Shown here: one piece after another, positions 1 through 6,307 of the stretch | Position numbering within the stretch: position 1 is the first letter of the stretch | How the letters are laid out: every line of letters starts with the position of its first letter | From: a candidate division WOR-3 bacterium | Lineage (GTDB): Bacteria; Hydrothermota; UBA3072; B12-G15 | DNA: 13,150 nucleotides | Assembly: GCA_965649055.1 (NCBI GenBank) | Contig: CBFGJG010000049.1 | Location: 1 to 13,150, forward strand | Direction: 5' to 3' | Position numbers and translations under genes: made by a program | Notes under the pieces: model-generated | The model's input: the letters and a program-made list of their open reading frames with translations, nothing else | Databases searched by the model: none | Told to the model about the DNA's origin: nothing

Positions 1-2
1 TA

Positions 3-455
3 AAGAGCAAGGCAAGATTTTTTTGTATGGATGCAGAAAAGTTAAAATTCAAGAATGAAGAATTTGACATTGTAACCCTGTTGGGAAATCCATTACCACA
101 TTTTTCAATTGATTCTCTGAATAAAACATTTTCAGAAGTTCACAGGGTTTTAAATAAAGGAGGAGAATTCATAGTTGAATACAATGACTTTATAAAGATT
201 CTTTTTTTGTCTTATAGATGGACTCTTGTAGAACATAATCCTGATAACGAAGTTATGATATCAATACATTCAGGAATTGATACAGCAAGGGGATTTATAA
301 AAAGATATTTTCAGAAAAGGGATAAGGAATTCGAAAATATATTTTATCTATGGTCCCCATGGTTGATTGAATTTTTAATGAAGATAAATGGATTTAAAGA
401 AATATATTCTTGTCCTACAAGCGAATTTCATATGATTACGAAGGGGATTAAATAA
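3..455 (+). CDS. Class I SAM-dependent methyltransferase, 5'-truncated by the window edge
   Basis: The frame is open from position 3 (KSKARFFC-MDAEKL...), so ATG27 is probably internal. 'MDAEKLKFKNEEFDIV' and 'EVHRVLNKGGEFIV' match methyltransferase motifs II/III. The glycine-rich motif I would lie upstream of the window. Confidence 0.8.
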   Translation, partial: KSKARFFCMDAEKLKFKNEEFDIVTLLGNPLPHFSIDSLNKTFSEVHRVLNKGGEFIVEYNDFIKILFLSYRWTLVEHNPDNEVMISIHSGIDTARGFIKRYFQKRDKEFENIFYLWSPWLIEFLMKINGFKEIYSCPTSEFHMITKGIK

Positions 456-1220
456 TTGGTTTTACATTTTTTATTATTTTATATTGATACAACTGGATAT
501 AGAATTTTTGAAAGATTCAAACTTCCAGATGGTTATAAAAGAATAGATGTTGAAGATGGGAGTTTTCAGGAATTCTTAAGAAACCTGCCTTTAAAAAAAT
601 ACGGAGAAAAGGTAAAATATTATGACGGAAGTATTAAAGATAGTGATGTATATGTTTCTGTTGTTGATCTGGATATTGGGAATAAAAACCTATTACAATG
701 TGCAGATGCAATAATAAGATTAAGGGCTGAATATTTTTATAAAATTAAGGAATTTGATAAGATAGGTTTTCATATTACTAATGGACTTTATATTCCTTTT
801 AAAAAATGGTCAGATGGTTTTAGAATAAAGGTGAAAGGGAACAGGACAGAATGGTATTATTCAGGAAAGACAGGTAAGGATAGAGTGAATTTTGAAGAAT
901 ATCTTGAATTCATATATTCTTATGCGGGGACTATTTCTTTATCTAAAGAATTAAAAAAAATAAAGATAGAGGATATTACAATAGGTGATGTTTTTATACA
1001 CGCAGGTAGTCCGGGTCATTGTGTGATAGTTGTTGATATGGCAATAAATGAATATTCAGGTGAAAAAATATTTCTTCTTGCACAGAGCTATATGCCTGCA
1101 CAGGAGATACACATTTTAAAGTCATTTGATGATATTTCTCCCTGGTATAGAATAAAGAAAGAAAGATTCCTTTTTACACCTGAATGGATATTCGAATATG
1201 ATTCACTGAAGAGGTTTTAA
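456..1220 (+). CDS. DUF4846-like protein, probably exported
   Basis: TTG start directly after the upstream TAA, with SD-like AAGGGG at 441-446. Motifs 'FLRNLPLK', 'LLQCADAIIRLRAEY', 'GDVFIHAGSPGHCVIVVD' and 'FLLAQSYMPAQEIH' are recalled as DUF4846. Confidence 0.75.
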   Translation: MVLHFLLFYIDTTGYRIFERFKLPDGYKRIDVEDGSFQEFLRNLPLKKYGEKVKYYDGSIKDSDVYVSVVDLDIGNKNLLQCADAIIRLRAEYFYKIKEFDKIGFHITNGLYIPFKKWSDGFRIKVKGNRTEWYYSGKTGKDRVNFEEYLEFIYSYAGTISLSKELKKIKIEDITIGDVFIHAGSPGHCVIVVDMAINEYSGEKIFLLAQSYMPAQEIHILKSFDDISPWYRIKKERFLFTPEWIFEYDSLKRF

Positions 1221-2089
1221 ATATTTTCTTTCCGTGAAATCAGAATTATTCCAGTAAGAAGAAAGATAAGACCAATAAATTGAAAATATGTTATGTATTC
1301 TTTAAGAAGAATAAAACCAAGAAATGTTGAGAAAAAAGGTGTTGAAAGTTCAAGTGCCGAAACCTGTGCTGCTTTTATCCTTTTCAATCCTTCATAATAT
1401 AGTATTGTCCCGATTCCTATGACAAAACCAAGTAACACCTGATAAACATTATTTATATAGAAATTTGACTTGATAAAAATAATAATAAAAAATATAATTC
1501 CAGAGAAGAAAAATCTGTAAAATGCAATGACTTGAGAGGGTATATGTTTTAAATATTTTCTTGTAACAATTGCAGTGGTAGACCAGAGGAATGTGGAAAA
1601 AATAACAAGCAAATCTCCTGATGTTCCAAATCTAAGTGCCTTTAGATTATAAAGATTTTTTGTAGTTACAAGCACACCTGCCAAAATCATAAAAAAAATG
1701 CCCAAATAATCATAAATAGTCAGCTTATCTGATTTAAGGATAAAATATCCTATTATAATTATAAAGACAGGCTGAATGTGACCGATAAGAACTGCGTTAA
1801 CCACATAAACCTTTGAAAGTGCATAGGTGTAAATGAAGTCAGCAAGAAGTGTTGCAGTTATAGAAAGATAAATCAACCATTTTAATTCTTTAGCTTTAAC
1901 TATAATCTTTCTTGGAGATGTAAATAATAGATATATTGATATAATTATAAGTGCAAATAATACCCTTGTTACAAATGTATTATAAACATCGTTTGTTTTA
2001 AAGGATAACTTTGCAAGGATAGGTTCAAATGACCACATAACACTTGCAAAAAGAACGGCAATTATCCCTTTTGTTTTATTTGTAAGCAT
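1217..2089 (-). CDS. EamA/DMT-family drug/metabolite transporter
   Basis: 290 aa with about 10 hydrophobic segments in two repeats. Motifs 'LFASVMWS', 'IQPVFIIIIGYFILK', 'GDLLVIFSTFLWS' and 'STPFFSTFLGFILLKE'. Confidence 0.9.
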   Translation of the reverse strand: MLTNKTKGIIAVLFASVMWSFEPILAKLSFKTNDVYNTFVTRVLFALIIISIYLLFTSPRKIIVKAKELKWLIYLSITATLLADFIYTYALSKVYVVNAVLIGHIQPVFIIIIGYFILKSDKLTIYDYLGIFFMILAGVLVTTKNLYNLKALRFGTSGDLLVIFSTFLWSTTAIVTRKYLKHIPSQVIAFYRFFFSGIIFFIIIFIKSNFYINNVYQVLLGFVIGIGTILYYEGLKRIKAAQVSALELSTPFFSTFLGFILLKEYITYFQFIGLIFLLTGIILISRKENI

Positions 2090-2095
2090 ACGTAT

Positions 2096-2130
2096 ATAGT
2101 ATAATAAATTTTATAAAAGTAAAATGTAAA
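2096..2130 (-). promoter_or_regulatory. Putative sigma70 promoter for the EamA gene
   Basis: On the - strand, TTTACT (2123-2118)-16 nt-TACTAT (2101-2096) ends 6 nt before ATG2089. Alternative boxes TTTACA (2130-2125) and TATACT (2103-2098) are present. No SD. The AT-rich context lowers specificity. Confidence 0.4.
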
Positions 2131-2140
2131 ATAATAACCT

Positions 2141-2307
2141 GGTGTCAGGTCTTGACATTTGACAAAAATTCAAGGTTAATCTTTTGTGCTTTATCTTTCT
2201 CATTTACATTAAGTTAAATAAAAATTGTATGAGTAATATATTTTTTCTTTAATGGTAGTCAGAGATTTTGATATGGTGAAAAATGTCAAATGTCAAGACC
2301 TGACACC
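2141..2307. repeat. 167-bp element bounded by perfect 24-bp inverted repeats (REPIN/MITE-like non-autonomous element)
   Basis: GGTGTCAGGTCTTGACATTTGACA (2141-2164) is the exact reverse complement of TGTCAAATGTCAAGACCTGACACC (2284-2307). The arms enclose a 119-bp AT-rich spacer. The repeat is certain; mobility is inferred. Confidence 0.85.
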
Positions 2308-2322
2308 GAAACTAAAAATTTA

Positions 2323-2350
2323 TTGACATTTTTCTTTAAGTATTTAAAAT
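2323..2350 (+). promoter_or_regulatory. Sigma70-type promoter for nnr-fba-mazG
   Basis: TTGACA (2323-2328)-16 nt-TAAAAT (2345-2350), ending 7 nt before ATG2358. Confidence 0.65.
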
Positions 2351-2357
2351 AAAAATT

Positions 2358-3896
2358 ATGAAGGTGTTAAGTGTTAAAGAAAGTAGAGAGATAGATAATT
2401 ATACAATTCAAAATATCGGTATTCCTGGGGTTGTTCTTATGGAGAATGCGGGACTTTCTGTGTTTGAGATGATTAAAGAATATGTGGATATGAAAAATTT
2501 AAGAAAGGTTCTGATAATTGCGGGAAAAGGGAACAATGGAGGGGATGGTTTCGTTGTTGCAAGGCATTTTTATAATGAAAAGATAGATGTCTCTGTAATA
2601 TTGCTTGGTGAAGAGGGTGAATTAAAAGGTGATGCACTGATTGAATACAATATTATAAAAAATCTTGGATTAAATATAAAAAGATTCAAAAGTTTAGGTC
2701 AGATGAAAAAAGAGATTCAGGGTGCTGATATTATAATAGATGCTATATTTGGGACTGGTTTTAAAGGAAAACCGGATAAGATTATTTCGGATATTATAAA
2801 GCTTATTAATGATTCAGGTAAAATGGTTTTTTCAATAGATATTCCTTCCTGCGTTGATGGTGATAATGGGAATGTATCAGATGTTGCTATTAAGGCTATA
2901 GCAACCTGCACAATGGGATTTATTAAGAAAGGGTTGTTGTTCTATCCTGGAAGGGATTTTGTTGGTGATATTTATGTCGGTGATATAGGAATACCTGAAG
3001 GGATAATTAGAAGATTTGATATAAAGTGCGAACTTATTGACAATAAACTTGTGAAAAAATCTTTACCTGAAAGGTTATCTTACAGCCATAAAGGTACATA
3101 TGGTAAGGTTATTGTTTTTGCAGGTTCACCAGGTCTTACTGGTGCAGCAGCACTAACTTCAAATGCAGCTTTAAAGGCAGGTGCAGGGCTTGTTTATCTC
3201 GCTATGCCAAAGACACTTTCTAAGATTTATGAGACAAAACTAACAGAGGTTGTAAAAATACCTGTTGAAGATAACAATGGATATTATAAATATTTTGATG
3301 GTCTTGAGAAGATTTTTGAAGGAATGGATGTTTTAATATTAGGTCCTGGGATAGGCAAAGAGACATCTGTTAAAGAACTTCAAAAATATATAATTTCGAA
3401 GTATAAAGGTTTAATGGTTATTGATGCTGATGGAATAAATAATTTAACACTGGAGGATTTAAAATATTCAAAAGGGAGATGGATTCTAACACCTCATCCG
3501 GGTGAGTTTTCAAGGCTTACAGGATTGGGAATAAAAGAAATTGAGTTGAAAAGACTTGATGTTGCACTTGAATTTGCTCAAAAATACAATGTTATTCTTG
3601 TTCTTAAAGGTGTTCCAACAGTTGTTGCTACGCCTGATGGAAGGAGTTTTATAAATTCAACAGGTAATTCAGGGCTTGCATCAGGTGGTTCAGGTGATGT
3701 TTTGACAGGTCTTATTGGTGGATTTCTCGCCCAAGGGATTAAACCTGAATATGCTGCTCTTTGCGGTGTATATATACATGGTCTTGCTGCTGATATTGCA
3801 GTATCTGAAAATGAAACTGAATATTCGCTTACGGCAACAACGGTTTTAAAAAAAATATCGAAGGCATTAGGGATGGTAATAAAAAATGCTGGTTGA
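2358..3896 (+). CDS. nnr: Bifunctional NAD(P)H-hydrate epimerase/dehydratase (YjeF_N plus carbohydrate-kinase domain)
   Basis: Motifs 'LMENAG', 'GKGNNGGDG', 'DAIFGTG', 'SIDIPS', 'SHKGTYG', 'GPGIG', 'VIDADG', 'LTPHPGEF' and 'LASGGSGDVLTG'. Confidence 0.96.
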   Translation: MKVLSVKESREIDNYTIQNIGIPGVVLMENAGLSVFEMIKEYVDMKNLRKVLIIAGKGNNGGDGFVVARHFYNEKIDVSVILLGEEGELKGDALIEYNIIKNLGLNIKRFKSLGQMKKEIQGADIIIDAIFGTGFKGKPDKIISDIIKLINDSGKMVFSIDIPSCVDGDNGNVSDVAIKAIATCTMGFIKKGLLFYPGRDFVGDIYVGDIGIPEGIIRRFDIKCELIDNKLVKKSLPERLSYSHKGTYGKVIVFAGSPGLTGAAALTSNAALKAGAGLVYLAMPKTLSKIYETKLTEVVKIPVEDNNGYYKYFDGLEKIFEGMDVLILGPGIGKETSVKELQKYIISKYKGLMVIDADGINNLTLEDLKYSKGRWILTPHPGEFSRLTGLGIKEIELKRLDVALEFAQKYNVILVLKGVPTVVATPDGRSFINSTGNSGLASGGSGDVLTGLIGGFLAQGIKPEYAALCGVYIHGLAADIAVSENETEYSLTATTVLKKISKALGMVIKNAG

Positions 3897-4791
3897 CACA
3901 TTGACTTTGCTTAAAAATGTTGATGATAAAAAAGGGATTAATGCATTTAATGTTTTTAATCTTGAAGTCGTGAAGGCAATAATTGAGGTTGCAGAAGAGA
4001 AGATGATTCCAGTAATCTTACAGGTCTCCGAGAGTGCCCTTGCTTACAGTGATGGTAAAGTTTTATTCAGTTTGATAGAAAACTATGTTAAAAAATTAAA
4101 TGTTCCTTTATCAATTCATCTTGACCATGGAAGAAAATTAGAAGTGATAAAATATGCAATTGATATTGGTTTTCAGTCAATAATGGTTGATGGTTCTTAT
4201 TTACCATACGAGGAAAATATTGATTTCACAAAGAGGATGGTCTCTTTAGCACATAGAGCAGGAATACCGGTTGAAGGTGAGATAGGAAAGATTGGTGGGG
4301 CAGAGGATAATATTACTGAAAAACATGATTCGATAGTTAACCCTGAGATAGTTATAGATTTTGTTAAAAAAACAGGTGTTGATTTTGTTGCACCTTCGCT
4401 CGGTACCTCTCATGGTGCATATAAATTTAAGGGGAAACAGGGTATTGCTTATGAGAATATAAAGAAATTGAAAAGTGAATTGAATATCCCTATAGTTCTC
4501 CATGGAGGTTCAACATTACCTGAATGGCTTCTTAATGAAGGTGAAAAAATTGGATTAAATGTTAAAGGGATGAGAGGTGTTAGTTATGAAGAGCTTAAAA
4601 AAGCTATAGATTGCGGTGTTAAAAAGATAAATTCAGATACAGATTTAAGACTTGCATTCACGATAGGGATAAAAAAATCCCTTATTGAAAAATCAGATGA
4701 TATAAACCCGAGGACACATCTTTCCTCTGGTATCCAGATGATGAAGAAAGTTATCTCTGAAAGGATGGATAAACTCTGGGGAAACCTGTAA
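3886..4791 (+). CDS. fba: Class II fructose-bisphosphate aldolase
   Basis: Motifs 'AFNVFNLE', 'HLDHG', 'SIMVDGS', 'VEGEIGKIGGAED', 'GTSHGAYK', 'VLHGGS' and 'KINSDTDLR'. Overlaps nnr by 11 nt. Confidence 0.93.
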   Translation: MLVDTLTLLKNVDDKKGINAFNVFNLEVVKAIIEVAEEKMIPVILQVSESALAYSDGKVLFSLIENYVKKLNVPLSIHLDHGRKLEVIKYAIDIGFQSIMVDGSYLPYEENIDFTKRMVSLAHRAGIPVEGEIGKIGGAEDNITEKHDSIVNPEIVIDFVKKTGVDFVAPSLGTSHGAYKFKGKQGIAYENIKKLKSELNIPIVLHGGSTLPEWLLNEGEKIGLNVKGMRGVSYEELKKAIDCGVKKINSDTDLRLAFTIGIKKSLIEKSDDINPRTHLSSGIQMMKKVISERMDKLWGNL

Positions 4792-5507
4792 ATAACTTAC
4801 AGAAATTTCTCGATATAGTTCGTGAGTTAAGGAATAAATGTCCATGGGATAGGGAGCAGACTTTAAATTCCCTTTCCTTAAATCTTCTTGAAGAGGTATA
4901 TGAGATTATTCATGAGGTGGAGAATAATGAGGAGGAAAAATTTAAGGAAGAGATAGGGGATTTACTACTTGTGATACTTATGATATTTGCAATACTTGAA
5001 GAAAAGGGTGAAGATATAGATAAGGTAATAGAAAAAGCTATAAATAAGACAATAAAAAGACATCCACATGTTTTTGGTAAAGAAAAGATAGAGACTGCGG
5101 AGAAGGTTGTCGATGTATGGGAAGAAAGAAAGAAAAAAGAGTGGAAGGATGAAGGAAAAGAATTACCTGCATTATTAAGGGCATATAAAATACAGAAAAG
5201 GGCAAAGAGGAAAGGTTTTGATTGGAATGACATTTCAGGTGTTTATAATAAGGTTATTGAGGAACTTGAAGAGCTTAAAAAATCAAATAATAAAATGGAA
5301 GAATATGGGGATTTGTTATTTGTCGTAACGCATATAGGAAATTTTCTTGGGATAAATCCAGAAGTTGCTTTAAGAAAAGCGTGTGATAAATTCTCAAGAA
5401 GGTTCAGTGAACTTGAGAAAATTGCAAAGACAGGTGATTTCAAAAAATTTGATCTGGAAACACTTGATAAGCTTTGGGAAGAAGTAAAAAAGAGAGAGAG
5501 ATCTTAG
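4776..5507 (+). CDS. mazG: Nucleoside triphosphate pyrophosphohydrolase MazG (tandem domain); start uncertain, CTG4776 proposed
   Basis: The frame is open from 4773 after TAA 4770-4772. It encodes 'LRNKCPWDREQT...LLEEVYE' upstream of the track's GTG4917, then 'EEIGDLL', 'KRHPHVFG', 'GFDW', 'EEYGDLLF' and 'KFSRRF'. Confidence 0.92.
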   Translation: MGKPVNNLQKFLDIVRELRNKCPWDREQTLNSLSLNLLEEVYEIIHEVENNEEEKFKEEIGDLLLVILMIFAILEEKGEDIDKVIEKAINKTIKRHPHVFGKEKIETAEKVVDVWEERKKKEWKDEGKELPALLRAYKIQKRAKRKGFDWNDISGVYNKVIEELEELKKSNNKMEEYGDLLFVVTHIGNFLGINPEVALRKACDKFSRRFSELEKIAKTGDFKKFDLETLDKLWEEVKKRERS

Positions 5508-5824
5508 TTTATAACAGCAACCGATACAGCGTAATCTTTTTCATGTGATATTGAGACCTTAATATTTTCATAGAGATTACCTTTTATGTAAACCATTCTT
5601 TCATGAATCTCTATATCTTTTAATCTCAGATTCAAATCTCCTAAAGCTTTAAAAACCGCTTCTTTTGCGGCAAATCTACCTGCAAAACATTCTTCAAAAT
5701 TTTTTCTATTTAGGCAATAGTTTTTTTCTTTAGGGGTATAAATCCTATCAAGAAATTTATCACCCCATCTTTCTATGATTTTTTTAATTCTTAAAACAGA
5801 AACGATATCAACACCTATTTCCAT
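5504..5824 (-). CDS. acpS: Holo-[acyl-carrier-protein] synthase
   Basis: Motifs 'IGVDIV', 'FAGRFAAKEAVFKALG' and 'VSISHEKDYAV'. The ATG abuts the upstream TAA. Confidence 0.95.
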   Translation of the reverse strand: MEIGVDIVSVLRIKKIIERWGDKFLDRIYTPKEKNYCLNRKNFEECFAGRFAAKEAVFKALGDLNLRLKDIEIHERMVYIKGNLYENIKVSISHEKDYAVSVAVIN

Positions 5825-6274
5825 TTATTCCTTATATTTTTTGACTTCAATCCCGGCTTCTCTTAGAATCTCTTTTGCAAATTCATCTGGATAACCTTCT
5901 TTATATATAATTTTTCTTATCCCTGCATTTATTATCATCTTAGCACATATAAAACAGGGATGGTTTGTAACATACATTATTCCACCATTTATATCTATTC
6001 CATATTTTGCAGCCTGTATTATTGCGTTCTGTTCTGCATGGACTGCTCTTGATAATTCCATCCTTTCCCCCGATGGAACGTTCAGTTTATCCCTCAGACA
6101 ACCGCCAAGTTCTTCACAATGTTTAACTCCCTGTGGTGGACCATTATATCCAGTTGTCAATATTCTCTTTTCTTTTACTATGATTGCACCAACTTTTCTT
6201 CTAAGACAGGTTGAACGAGAACTCACCATTTCTGTTATTCCCATAAAATATTCATCCCAGTCGGGTCTTTTCAC
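5825..6274 (-). CDS. dCMP deaminase (ComEB-like, zinc-dependent)
   Basis: Motifs 'RPDWDEYFM', '[11 protein letters not shown]', 'TGYNG', 'HAEQNAI' and 'PCFICAK'. GTG6274, 5 nt after SD AAGGAG (6285-6280), is preferred over the track's ATG6295. Confidence 0.92.
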   Translation of the reverse strand: MKRPDWDEYFMGITEMVSSRSTCLRRKVGAIIVKEKRILTTGYNGPPQGVKHCEELGGCLRDKLNVPSGERMELSRAVHAEQNAIIQAAKYGIDINGGIMYVTNHPCFICAKMIINAGIRKIIYKEGYPDEFAKEILREAGIEVKKYKE

Positions 6275-6307
6275 TTTAACTCCTTTTTTATTCATTTTAA
6301 ATATTTT

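Noticed and set aside
2111..2203. 30-codon - strand ORF (MRKIKHKRLTLNFCQMSRPDTRLLFYILLL) crossing the left inverted repeat
   Set aside because: It has no SD, spans the element boundary and runs over the predicted eamA promoter; most likely a chance ORF.
2141..2307. Repeat pair as a CRISPR array or autonomous IS
   Set aside because: There are only two copies, inverted rather than direct, with no cas or transposase ORF.
4917..4919. Track start of mazG at GTG4917
   Set aside because: It would delete the conserved CPWD and EExYE motifs encoded in-frame upstream.
2717..5443. Antisense ORFs 2717-2911, 3578-3901, 4246-4503, 4910-5233 and 5243-5443
   Set aside because: They are shadows of nnr, fba and mazG, with no recognisable motifs.
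5491..5501. (AG)5A run at the mazG 3' end as a phase-variation tract
   Set aside because: It is short, encodes only the last residues (KRER), and slippage would barely alter the protein.
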